A stretch of 64,000 nucleotides of DNA. It comes from an uncultured Chloroflexia bacterium (GTDB taxonomy: Bacteria > Chloroflexota > Limnocylindria > Limnocylindrales > CSP1-4). The position numbers and the translations under genes were made by a program. The stretch is taken from contig CAWIPU010000006.1 in assembly GCA_963838115.1 (NCBI GenBank), positions 326,622 through 390,621 on the forward strand. The letters run 5' to 3'. Below, one piece after another: positions 52,346-61,442 of this stretch. The first letter of the stretch is position 1. Each line of letters starts with the position of its first letter. Below the pieces are notes generated by a model. That model did not search any database, was not told where the DNA came from, and was given only the letters and a program-made list of their open reading frames with translations.

Positions 52346-53779
52346 ATGTCACTGCTGAAACGGATCGAAAGCGCCAAGCCCGGCGGCGAGGGCGCGCCCG
52401 CGACCATCCCTGGTGGGCCCTTCCCGCCAGGTGCCGTGCCGCCCCCAGGGGCAGTGACGGGCCAGCCCGGGACGCCGCGTCCGCCGATGCCACCGCGTGT
52501 GATCTCCCAGGTCCCGGTGCGTGAGTCGTTCCGCGATACCAAGTACCGCATCCAGCAGCGCGTCATCTCGGATCTGGATCCCAAGCTGGACCTCACCAAC
52601 CAGGTAGAGGTGCGGCGCCAGATCGAAGAGATCTTCAGCATCGCCATCGACGAGGAGGGTCTGGCCCTCACGCGTGCCGAGCGGGTGCGCATGCTGGAGC
52701 AGATCACCGACGAGATCGTGGGACTTGGCCCGCTGGAGCCGCTCCTCCGTGACGAGTCGATCACCGAGATCATGGTGAACGGTCCGCGCCAGGTCTACAT
52801 CGAGCGCGCCGGCCGCCTGGAGCTGACCAACATCGCCTTCCAGAACGATGACCACGTGATGCGCATCATCGACCGCATCATCGCCCCCATCGGCCGCCGC
52901 GTGGATGAGTCGAGCCCCATGGTAGACGCTCGCCTGACCGACGGCTCGCGCGTCAACGCCATCATCCCGCCACTCAGCCTGGTGGGGCCGGTCATCACCA
53001 TCCGCAAGTTCGCGGCCTCGCCCTTCACGGTCGACGACCTCATCCGCTTCGGCACGGCCACACCCGAGATGTTCGACTTCCTCAAGGCGTGTGTCGAGGC
53101 GCGACTGAATGTCTTCGTCTCCGGTGGCACCGGCTCGGGCAAGACCACGACCCTCAACGTGCTCTCATCGTTCATCCCCAACGATGAGCGTATCGTCACC
53201 ATCGAGGACGCCGCCGAGCTGCAGCTTCGCCAGGAGCACGTCATCACACTGGAGTCGCGCCCGCCCAACATCGAGGGCAAAGGGGCCATCACCATCCGCG
53301 AGCTCGTCCGCAACTCGCTGCGCATGCGGCCCGATCGCATCGTCGTCGGTGAGTGTCGTTCTTCCGAGGCGCTTGACATGCTGCAGGCCATGAATACCGG
53401 CCACGACGGCTCGATGTCCACCGGCCACTCCAACAGCCCCCGCGACATGCTCTCCCGCCTTGAGACCATGGTGCTGATGGCGGGAGTCGATCTGCCGCTG
53501 CGTGCCATCCGCGAGCAGATCGCTTCGGCCGTCGACCTGATCGTGCATCAGTCGCGCCTCAAGGATGGAACGCGCCGCGTCACCAGCATCACCGAGGTGC
53601 AGGGCATGGAGGGAGACGTGGTGGTCATGCAGGAGGTCTTCACCTTCGAGCAGACCGGCATCATCGACGGTCAGATCCAGGGCATCCTGCGTCCCACCGG
53701 CATCCGGCCCAAGTTCACCGAGAAGTTCGAGGTCATGGGCATCAACCTGCCGCCTGCCCTCTTCGGGTATCGGTCCTAG
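52346..53779 (+). CDS. cpaF: Tad pilus secretion ATPase (CpaF/TadA)
   Basis: Walker A SGGTGSGKTT, TIEDAAEL, GHDGSMST(G)HSNS, and the typical CpaF length and N-terminal domain. Confidence 0.9.
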   Translation: MSLLKRIESAKPGGEGAPATIPGGPFPPGAVPPPGAVTGQPGTPRPPMPPRVISQVPVRESFRDTKYRIQQRVISDLDPKLDLTNQVEVRRQIEEIFSIAIDEEGLALTRAERVRMLEQITDEIVGLGPLEPLLRDESITEIMVNGPRQVYIERAGRLELTNIAFQNDDHVMRIIDRIIAPIGRRVDESSPMVDARLTDGSRVNAIIPPLSLVGPVITIRKFAASPFTVDDLIRFGTATPEMFDFLKACVEARLNVFVSGGTGSGKTTTLNVLSSFIPNDERIVTIEDAAELQLRQEHVITLESRPPNIEGKGAITIRELVRNSLRMRPDRIVVGECRSSEALDMLQAMNTGHDGSMSTGHSNSPRDMLSRLETMVLMAGVDLPLRAIREQIASAVDLIVHQSRLKDGTRRVTSITEVQGMEGDVVVMQEVFTFEQTGIIDGQIQGILRPTGIRPKFTEKFEVMGINLPPALFGYRS

Positions 53780-53788
53780 GAGGTCACG

Positions 53789-54805
53789 ATGGATCCTGCC
53801 GTCCTCGTCGCTATCCTGGCCGCCGTCGCCGTCCTGTTGTTGTTCTTCGGCGTCTTCGGCGGTCGGCGTGTCTCCCCGACCGAGCGTCTGGAGCAGGTGG
53901 CGATCGCTGCCACCGAAGCCCGCAACCGCGACCGCGACCCGAAACGGGGCAAGACGCTGCGAGCCCGCCTGTTCAGCGGCCGCGCCGCCACCGGCGTCGA
54001 TCGCGTCGTGGAGCGGCGTGACTGGGGCTCCAATATGGCTCGCGAGCTCGCCCGCGCCGATCTCCAGCTGCGACCCTCGGAGTACCTCGCCATCAGGATC
54101 GGCGCCATCGTCGGCGCTCCCATGGCGATGTACCTGCTGGGCGCGACGGTCTTTCCCACGCTCGGCAGCCCGCTGGCCATCTTGCTGGCGGCCGTGCTGG
54201 GCTGGTGGATTCCTCGCTTCTACGTCAACTACCGCAAGAACAAGCGACTACGGTCGTTCAACAACCATCTCGCCGACACCATCACCCTGGTCGCCAATGC
54301 GCTGCGTGCCGGTGCTTCCTTCCTGCAAGCTATCGAGCTGGTGGTGCGTGAGACACAGCCACCCATCTCCACCGAGTTCAACCGCGTCATCCGCGAGGTC
54401 AATCTCGGCCTGCCCTTCGAGCAGGCGCTGAACAACATGGTGCGCCGCGTGCGCTCGGAGGACCTCGAGCTGATGTCCACCGCGATCACCATCCAGCACC
54501 AGGTCGGCGGGAACCTCGCCGAGATCCTGGACTCCATCGCCTTCACCATCCGTGAACGCATCCGGATCAAGGGCGACATCCGCACGCTGACGGCCCAGCA
54601 GCGGATGTCCGGCTACGTCGTGGCTGGCCTGCCCATCGGCCTGGTCGTCATCCTTTCGCTCATCGCACCCAACTTCATGGCGCCGATGTTCGGTGACCCG
54701 AGGATCTTCGGCATCCCGGCCGGCGTCATCATCCTCGTCATCGGAGGCGTGATGATGGGTATCGGATTCCTGCTCATCCGCCGTATCGTCGACATCGAGG
54801 TCTAG
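53789..54805 (+). CDS. tadB: Type II secretion system F-family protein (TadB)
   Basis: T2SSF domain membrane protein immediately after cpaF. GGAGG SD. Confidence 0.8.
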   Translation: MDPAVLVAILAAVAVLLLFFGVFGGRRVSPTERLEQVAIAATEARNRDRDPKRGKTLRARLFSGRAATGVDRVVERRDWGSNMARELARADLQLRPSEYLAIRIGAIVGAPMAMYLLGATVFPTLGSPLAILLAAVLGWWIPRFYVNYRKNKRLRSFNNHLADTITLVANALRAGASFLQAIELVVRETQPPISTEFNRVIREVNLGLPFEQALNNMVRRVRSEDLELMSTAITIQHQVGGNLAEILDSIAFTIRERIRIKGDIRTLTAQQRMSGYVVAGLPIGLVVILSLIAPNFMAPMFGDPRIFGIPAGVIILVIGGVMMGIGFLLIRRIVDIEV

Positions 54806-54807
54806 CC

Positions 54808-55737
54808 ATGGGACTCCCCTTCCTCATGGCGTTGCTGGCTGCCGGCGGCGTCTTGCTCATCGTTTGGTCGCTGCTTGGTACGCGAACCTCAGACCCGGTC
54901 CAGGCGCGGTTGACCCATCTGGGCACCCTCGAAGGTGTCACCAGCCTTGAGGAGATCGAGCTCCAGCAGCCCGTCATGGACCGGACACTGCGACCGCTGA
55001 TGCGTCGCCTCTCCGGTGTGGGCACACGCTTCACCTCGCGTGACCGGGTCGGTCGCACCGAGGGCCGCCTGGCTGAGGCCGGCTATCCCTATGGCCTGCG
55101 CACCATCGACTTCATGGGCTTGAAGGTGGTCGCCTCTCTGGTCACCAGCGGACTCGCCTTCCTCCTCTTCGGCGTGGCCTTGGGATCAGGCGCGAGCTCA
55201 GGCCTCATCATTGCCGTCATCGGCTTGGTGATCGGCTTCTTCGTGCCCGACTACTGGATAGTCAATCGCATCAAGGGACGCCAGAAGGCCATCCTGCTGG
55301 GCATCCCCGACACGCTCGACCTGCTGACCATCTCGGTCAAGGCTGGACTGGGCTTCGATGCCGCGCTTGGAAAGGTGGTCGAGAAGACACAGGGACCCCT
55401 GTCGGATGAGTTCCGCCGCGCTCTGGCGGAAGTGCGCATCGGCAAGCCCCGTCGTGATGCCCTCAAGGAGCTGGTGGCTCGCACCAACGTGCCCGCGCTG
55501 ACCAACTTCATCGGAGCCATCATCCAGGCCGAGCAGCTCGGTGTGGCCATCGCCAACGTCCTTGAGGTGCAGTCCGAGCAGCTCCGCATCGAGCGCCGAC
55601 AGCGGGCTGAAGAGATGGCGGCCAAGGCGCCCATCAAGATGCTGTTCCCGCTGGTGGGATGCATCTTCCCCTCGCTGTTCATCGTCATCCTGGGGCCGGC
55701 CATGATCCTCATCATGTTGAACCTGACCAAGGTCTAG
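54808..55737 (+). CDS. tadC: Type II secretion system F-family protein (TadC)
   Basis: Second T2SSF-domain membrane protein, following tadB. Confidence 0.8.
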   Translation: MGLPFLMALLAAGGVLLIVWSLLGTRTSDPVQARLTHLGTLEGVTSLEEIELQQPVMDRTLRPLMRRLSGVGTRFTSRDRVGRTEGRLAEAGYPYGLRTIDFMGLKVVASLVTSGLAFLLFGVALGSGASSGLIIAVIGLVIGFFVPDYWIVNRIKGRQKAILLGIPDTLDLLTISVKAGLGFDAALGKVVEKTQGPLSDEFRRALAEVRIGKPRRDALKELVARTNVPALTNFIGAIIQAEQLGVAIANVLEVQSEQLRIERRQRAEEMAAKAPIKMLFPLVGCIFPSLFIVILGPAMILIMLNLTKV

Positions 55738-55774
55738 GCTGACGCAAGTCCGTCCACACCGGCATGGTGCACCA

Positions 55775-56155
55775 GTGACTCAAGGACGGCAGCGTCTCCG
55801 ACGGATCGCTGACGACGCCATCGTGTGTGAGCGACTGGTGATGGGCGGATCGTTCCTGCAGCGCTTCAGGGGCCTGATGGGGCGCGCCTCGATGGACGCC
55901 GGCGAGGGCCTGTGGCTGCAGACGTCGAGCATCCACATGATGTTCATGCGGTTCCCCATCGATGCACTATTCGTGGGGAAGGCCGGCCCGGACGGCCGAC
56001 GCACGGTCGTGAGGCTGCGCCCGGATCTACCGCCGTGGCGGGGACTCGTCTTGCCGGTGAGAGGTGCGCATGCGGTCATCGAGCTGCCGGCGGGGACCCT
56101 CGCTCGTTGCGGTCTGTCCGAGGGCGAGGAGGTCGTCGTCGAGCCGACCGCTTAG
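55775..56155 (+). CDS. DUF192-domain protein
   Basis: GLWLQTSSIHMMFMRFPIDALFV... matches the conserved core of DUF192 (COG1430). Confidence 0.6.
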   Translation: MTQGRQRLRRIADDAIVCERLVMGGSFLQRFRGLMGRASMDAGEGLWLQTSSIHMMFMRFPIDALFVGKAGPDGRRTVVRLRPDLPPWRGLVLPVRGAHAVIELPAGTLARCGLSEGEEVVVEPTA

Positions 56156-56224
56156 GCCCGCTCGCTGCGCGGGTGATACACGGCCAATCCTCTGATAAGG
56201 ACGGGCCAAGCGGCGCCCGCCACC

Positions 56225-56887
56225 ATGGGCACGATGCGCATCCTGCTGGACCTACTGGTGCCCCCGCGCTGCCCCGGCTGCGGACGTGAAGGCGAGCCGC
56301 TGTGCCAACGGTGCCAACGGCCGCTGCGGCGGCGCCTGGACGAACCGGCTGGCGCACCCGTGGGCATGCCCGTGACGATGCCGCCCGGTCTGCTGCAACT
56401 GGAGTGGTGCGCCATGTACAGCGGGCCCGTCCGTGCCGCCCTGCACGCGTTGAAGTATCGCGGGGAGCGCCGCCTCAGCCAACCACTGGGAACCTACATG
56501 GCCGAACGCTGGCGCCGAGCGGGACGCGGCGGCGAGCTGGTCACCTGGGTACCGGTGCATCGGCTGCGACGGCGCGAGCGTGGCTTCGACCAAGCCGAGG
56601 AACTGGCGCGCGTGATGGCCTCGCAGCTGGGACTGCCGGCGGCGCGATGCCTGGAGCGTCGACAGCGAACAGTGGCGCAGCACTCACTCGACCAGCGCGA
56701 GCGTGCCGGCAACACGTCTGGGGCGTTCGCGGTGCCATCCGACAGCAGGGAACTCATCGCTGGACGCTGGATCGTGCTGGTCGATGACATCGTGACCACG
56801 GGCGCGACCCTCGCGGGCTGCTGCGCTGCGCTGCAGGCGGGGGGCGCCGGGGCGGTTTCGGCGGTGGCGGTCGCGCGAGACCGCTGA
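56225..56887 (+). CDS. comF: ComF-family phosphoribosyltransferase-fold protein
   Basis: N-terminal Cys4 cluster (CPGC...CQRC) and the C-terminal PRTase motif VLVDDIVTTGATL. Confidence 0.85.
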   Translation: MGTMRILLDLLVPPRCPGCGREGEPLCQRCQRPLRRRLDEPAGAPVGMPVTMPPGLLQLEWCAMYSGPVRAALHALKYRGERRLSQPLGTYMAERWRRAGRGGELVTWVPVHRLRRRERGFDQAEELARVMASQLGLPAARCLERRQRTVAQHSLDQRERAGNTSGAFAVPSDSRELIAGRWIVLVDDIVTTGATLAGCCAALQAGGAGAVSAVAVARDR

Positions 56888-56982
56888 GATGGCGCCCGGC
56901 GGACCGAGGCGAACACGCCATTCGGACGTGGCGGGCATTGTGACAGGAGCCTACTATCAGTCCAAAAGCGGAGGTGCAGCCG

Positions 56983-57573
56983 GTGCGAACCACGATCAGA
57001 GGCAAGAACCTGACCGTATCGGACAAGGACCGAGCCTACATCGAGCGCAAGATGCAGCGCCTGGAGCGGATGCTCGACGACCGCAGTGAGGCGGACGTGG
57101 AGTTGCGCCTGGAGGGCAATCACAAGGTCGACGGCAGCCACATCGTCGACGTGACGCTCTCGACGGCCGGTCAGTCACTGCGGAGCGTTGCGACAGGGGC
57201 ATCCTTCAAGGTTGCCGCTGATGAGGTCATCGACAAGATCGAGCGACGAACCGTCGAGGCCCGCCAGCGACCGCGAGATCGGCGGCGCCACGCGCAGCTT
57301 CGCTATGCCAGCTCCAGCGGAGAGCTGCCACCAGGGACCGATGGGGAGCGCGAGGTTGCGGAGCCAGAGACGCTGGTGGTGAAAGTCAAGCGCTTCGCCA
57401 TCGAGCCCATGTTCGAGGAAGACGCCATCGCTCGAATGGAAGAACTGGGGCATGCGTTCTTCATCTTCGTCAATGCCGAGAACGAGCGAGTGGCCGTGCT
57501 CTACCGCCGACGTGACGGTCGCTACGGGCTCATCGAACCGGCTATCGGCGGAGCCTACAGCGCTGAGGGATAG
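56983..57573 (+). CDS. hpf: Ribosome hibernation promoting factor (long HPF)
   Basis: The RTTIRGKNLTVSDKDRAYIERK N-terminal domain and the C-terminal dimerisation domain (KRFAIEPMFEEDAIARMEELGHAFFIFVN). GGAGG lies 8 nt upstream of the GTG at 56983; the ORF maximum is 56974. Confidence 0.9.
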   Translation: MRTTIRGKNLTVSDKDRAYIERKMQRLERMLDDRSEADVELRLEGNHKVDGSHIVDVTLSTAGQSLRSVATGASFKVAADEVIDKIERRTVEARQRPRDRRRHAQLRYASSSGELPPGTDGEREVAEPETLVVKVKRFAIEPMFEEDAIARMEELGHAFFIFVNAENERVAVLYRRRDGRYGLIEPAIGGAYSAEG

Positions 57574-57984
57574 CGACGGCGCCGGGCGTACGACTGGGCC
57601 ACGAGAGCCCTTGTCGGGCCTGACCGTGCGCCTTCACGTTATCTGCCCGCTGGCCCGTGAAGCCTGAGGGTCGCCCGTGGCACCTGGGTGACCAAGTCGG
57701 CGCTCTCGGGACTTCGTGTGCACCTGTTGGTGCCAGTGCGCCCACGGGTTACCCCTGTGCACGTGGGCAACCCGTAGGCGGCAAAGCACACCCTGGGCGG
57801 CCTACGGGTGTCTCATGAGCCGCCAACCTGGTGGCCATGGGGGGACCACCTCCCCACCCGGTGCCCCGTACCAATGGACCATATTCCCCGGGGCGTCCCC
57901 GCACCGATGATGGTCCCTGCCGCCGAACGGTGGCTCACCCGGGCACCACAGCCCAGGTGTCGACGATGACGCTGTCGGGGTGCT

Positions 57985-58428
57985 ATGAGCGTCCAGAACC
58001 CACGGGCCTTCAACGAGTGGCTGCGAGCACAGCTCAAGGCGAAGAAGATGTCCCAACGCCAACTGGCACAGCAGTCGGGTGTGGATCACTCCACGATCTC
58101 ACGGCTGCTTCGGGGTGACCGCACGCCTTCCCTCGGTACAGCCACGAAGTTGGCCAAGGGCCTGCGCGAGCTGCGCGACGACGTCGATTCACCACAGTAC
58201 TTCGGTCTTACCTCGTCATCGAGCACACATCCGACCGCACGGGTCGAGTACGCGCTCCGCTCCGACGATCTGATGAGTGAGCCACAGGTCCGGCAGGTGA
58301 TGGAGTACTACCTGGCATTGCGCATGCGCCGTCTTTCGGTGCGCCAGACCGGCCGTTATGCGCCGGTGCGTCCGGTCGCCGCGGTGCGCTCGATCCCGAC
58401 TCGCACCGAACCCAACAAGCGGCACTGA
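57985..58428 (+). CDS. XRE-family helix-turn-helix protein
   Basis: MSQRQLAQQSGVDHSTISRLLRG is a typical HTH_3 motif. Confidence 0.75.
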   Translation: MSVQNPRAFNEWLRAQLKAKKMSQRQLAQQSGVDHSTISRLLRGDRTPSLGTATKLAKGLRELRDDVDSPQYFGLTSSSSTHPTARVEYALRSDDLMSEPQVRQVMEYYLALRMRRLSVRQTGRYAPVRPVAAVRSIPTRTEPNKRH

Positions 58429-58505
58429 TCGGCGGCGCTCCCGCCGGCCGCAGTGACTCATCTCGACCACGGCCCTGTCTGCGCTTGCCCGGCGCTGTGC
58501 CCCGA

Positions 58506-59684
58506 CTAGGCCGTGGTCGTTCCCTGTTCTGAGGGTGTGTTGCCACTGGCATCGGAACGCCCGCCCTTGGTCTTGGGCGAGAGCAGGTAGGCGATGAAGC
58601 CGAGCACGATGACTGATAGCACGCTGATGGCGCGGTCGACAAGGGCGATGGCAGCGGCCTCGGTGGGATCGGCCTGGTAGACGACGGTCAGGATACCGAC
58701 GATCCCGGCCTCGACGATCCCGAGGCCGGCGGGCGTGAAGGGCACGGCGGTAAGCAGGGACGCCACCAGGGCCACGAAGAATGCGCCACTGATACCGAGC
58801 GAGATATCGAAGCCGAGTGAGTCCACCACGAAGAGCAGACGCATCGCTTCAGTGGTCCAGATGAGCCCCGTGAGCACGGCTACCAGGGGCAAGGTGCGGC
58901 GATCGGCGGAGAAGACACCCTCTTCGAAGCGCTCGTAGAGCTCCTTGATCCTCACCGGAAGCGGCAAGCGCTCGACCAGTCGGCGTCCGAAGTTGCGAAG
59001 CGTGAGCAGCGCAGCGGCGAGCACGATCATCACCACGATGCCGATGAACATGATCGTGCGGACGGTCTCACCCATCCCCGAGCGGAAGGACCAGAAGGCC
59101 GCCCCCAACCCCAGGATGACGATGGCGAAGATGTCGAAGATGCGTTCGATGAAGATGGTCCCGAAGGTCGCCGAGAGCGACACTGGGTAGTTGATCTTCA
59201 GCAGCCAGGCACGATAGACCTCGCCCAGCTTGGCCGGAACGACGCTGTTGACGAGCCAGCTGACGAAGATGATCTCCGTCGAGTCGCGGATGCTGACCTC
59301 GGCACCGATGCCCCGCAGCAGGATGGACCAGCGATACCCGCGCAGGGGGAAGCCGAGGTAGTAGATGACGAAGGCGGCCAGGAGCCAGGCGGGGTCGGCT
59401 GCCAGCACGTAATCCACCAAGGTGTTGAGCTCGAAGCCCGGCAGGGCCAGCACGAACAGAAGCAGTACCAAGACGGGGACGATGATCGAGGCCTGCGTGC
59501 GACGATCTCGCAGGCGCTGCGTGAGCGGGACGGCACCTTCCGAGAAGTCGTCCTCGAGGAGTGGGTCCTGCTTGACGTCATCGCCGACGTCTGGTGAGGC
59601 CTCGAAAGCCGACTGGAATGGCTCGGTTCGATCGCCGAACCCGTCGTCCTGACCCTCCTCAGGGCTTGAGGGCTCTTCACTCAC
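58506..59684 (-). CDS. Flippase-like / LPG-synthase-TM (UPF0104) family membrane protein
   Basis: Acidic N-terminus followed by about 8 TM segments, with RGYRWSILLRG and VPAKLGEVYRA motifs typical of this family. The GTG at 59684 overlaps the upstream stop (GTGA) and is preceded by GGAGGG. Confidence 0.65.
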   Translation of the reverse strand: MSEEPSSPEEGQDDGFGDRTEPFQSAFEASPDVGDDVKQDPLLEDDFSEGAVPLTQRLRDRRTQASIIVPVLVLLLFVLALPGFELNTLVDYVLAADPAWLLAAFVIYYLGFPLRGYRWSILLRGIGAEVSIRDSTEIIFVSWLVNSVVPAKLGEVYRAWLLKINYPVSLSATFGTIFIERIFDIFAIVILGLGAAFWSFRSGMGETVRTIMFIGIVVMIVLAAALLTLRNFGRRLVERLPLPVRIKELYERFEEGVFSADRRTLPLVAVLTGLIWTTEAMRLLFVVDSLGFDISLGISGAFFVALVASLLTAVPFTPAGLGIVEAGIVGILTVVYQADPTEAAAIALVDRAISVLSVIVLGFIAYLLSPKTKGGRSDASGNTPSEQGTTTA

Positions 59685-60439
59685 GAGGTGCCCTCCTCTC
59701 CCGGAGCGGGACGGATGCGACCATTGCCACGCAAGCGGTTGACCAGCTTGGCCAAGGGCGTCCACAGCCGCACGTAGTAGGACGCGCGGCCGATCATCAG
59801 CTCCGCTGCGGGCAATAGTGCTCGCAGCTCCACGGCCGTGGAAAAGGCTCCTGGCAGCACGGTGGAGGCAACCCCCAGCTCGGTGATACTGTGCGCATCT
59901 GACGAGGCCACCCCGGGCAGTCCGTGGCTATGTGCAAAGGCTGCCGCCAACGGGTTGGCATCGCGATAGGCGCGCGCGTTGTGAACTTCCACGTAGTCAA
60001 CCATAGACGCCAACGCTTCGAGCTTGCCTTCCCCGTCGCCGGCATTGCGGCCACCTGAGCTTCGGAAACCGTCAAAGGGATGCGGCAAGCCCACCAGGCC
60101 GCCCTGCTCGCGGATGGCCGCCGCGGTCTCCGCGGCCGAGAGTCCGGGCGGCACGACGCGCTCCAGGAAGAGCCCCAGCATGTCACCGTCAGACGTTCGG
60201 ACCTCTTCGCCCACGATGACCTGCAGTGCTGTCGGTGCCAGCTCCTGAGCACGCTGGGCCCCGTCGATACGCTCGTGGTCGGTGACCGCGAGGTGCGTCA
60301 GGCCGATCCGCATCGCTTTCTCGATCATCTTGCGTGGGTCCGAGAGCGAGTCGAATGAGGCCGAACTATGCGAGTGAAGGTCGACGAAGGAGCGGCCGAC
60401 CGGCGGCGCGGTCCCGGCCAAGTCCTGCTGCGGGGCCAC
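59681..60439 (-). CDS. PHP-domain metal-dependent phosphoesterase
   Basis: The VDLHSHSSASFD and HLAVTDHERIDG motifs of the PHP superfamily. Confidence 0.8.
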   Translation of the reverse strand: MAPQQDLAGTAPPVGRSFVDLHSHSSASFDSLSDPRKMIEKAMRIGLTHLAVTDHERIDGAQRAQELAPTALQVIVGEEVRTSDGDMLGLFLERVVPPGLSAAETAAAIREQGGLVGLPHPFDGFRSSGGRNAGDGEGKLEALASMVDYVEVHNARAYRDANPLAAAFAHSHGLPGVASSDAHSITELGVASTVLPGAFSTAVELRALLPAAELMIGRASYYVRLWTPLAKLVNRLRGNGRIRPAPGEEGTS

Positions 60440-60441
60440 GC

Positions 60442-61431
60442 CTACACCTTCTGCACGAGTGATGCCTTGAAGAACTCGAAATGCTCCATCGCGAGGCCAG
60501 TACCCAAGGCCACGCAGTTGAGCGCGTTCTCCGCGACGTGACAGGGCACGCCGGTGACCTGTGTCAGCAAGCGATCCATGTTTCGCAGGAGGGCCCCGCC
60601 GCCGGTCATCACCATGCCCTTGTCGATGATGTCACTGGCCAGTTCCGGTGGGGTCTCTTCAAGCACTGCGCGTACGGCGGTCACCACCTGTTGGAGGGGC
60701 TTCTCCATGGCTTCCATGACCTCGGAGCTGGTCAGTGGGATGGTCCGCGGCAGCCCCGCCACGAGGTCTCGGCCCCGGACGTCGAGTGTCAGCTCGCGCT
60801 CGAGCGGCAGGGCCGTGCCGATGGCGATCTTGACCTCCTCCGCAGTACGCTCGCCGATCATCAGGTTGTACTTGCGGCGGATGTAGCTGGCGATGGCCTC
60901 GTCGAAGCGACTCCCACCGACGCGCAGCGAGCGACTCACGACGATGCCACCAAGCGCCACCACGGCGATCTCGCTGGTACCGCCGCCGATATCGATGATC
61001 ATGTTTCCCGAGGCACCCGAGATGGGCACGTTGGCGCCGATCGCAGCGGCCAGGGGCTCCTCGATGAGGTAGGCCTCGCGAGCGCCGGCTTTGAGTGCCG
61101 CGTCGCGTACGGCACGCTTCTCGACGCTGGTCACTCCAGAGGGCACGCAGACCATGACTTCCGGCTTGGTGAAGGATCGGCCAGCCTTGCGAATGAAGTA
61201 GCGCAGCATCGCCTCGGTGATGACGTAGTCGGCGATGACGCCATCCTTCATGGGTCGGATGGCGGAGATGTTGTCCGGAGTGCGGCCGATCATCTCGCGC
61301 GCCTCCTCGCCGACGGCGAGGATATGGTGACTCTCGCTCACGGCCACCACCGAGGGTTCGCGGATGACGATGCCCTTGCCTACGACATAGACGAGCACGT
61401 TGGCCGTGCCCAGGTCGATCCCGATCTTCAT
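60442..61431 (-). CDS. mreB: Rod-shape-determining actin homologue MreB
   Basis: [16 protein letters not shown]..., [11 protein letters not shown] and [12 protein letters not shown] match MreB throughout. Confidence 0.95.
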   Translation of the reverse strand: MKIGIDLGTANVLVYVVGKGIVIREPSVVAVSESHHILAVGEEAREMIGRTPDNISAIRPMKDGVIADYVITEAMLRYFIRKAGRSFTKPEVMVCVPSGVTSVEKRAVRDAALKAGAREAYLIEEPLAAAIGANVPISGASGNMIIDIGGGTSEIAVVALGGIVVSRSLRVGGSRFDEAIASYIRRKYNLMIGERTAEEVKIAIGTALPLERELTLDVRGRDLVAGLPRTIPLTSSEVMEAMEKPLQQVVTAVRAVLEETPPELASDIIDKGMVMTGGGALLRNMDRLLTQVTGVPCHVAENALNCVALGTGLAMEHFEFFKASLVQKV

Positions 61432-61442
61432 CCGCGCGACCC

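Noticed and set aside
50840-56224. Search for a Flp pilin ORF in the Tad flanks.
   Set aside because: Reading the intergenic regions, I saw no short ORF with a hydrophobic segment and the G/xxxxEY motif. The VEYAL string at about 58240 lies inside the XRE protein. Absence cannot be proven by eye.
57574-57984. Possible tmRNA, RNase P RNA, SRP RNA or 6S RNA in the long spacer after hpf.
   Set aside because: None of the conserved cores I know is present. These include the tmRNA GGGGCUG...CCACCA ends, the RNase P GAAGCUGACCAG/ACAGAAGGC-type motifs and the SRP GGAAGCAGCC motif. It is kept only as an unclassified structured region.
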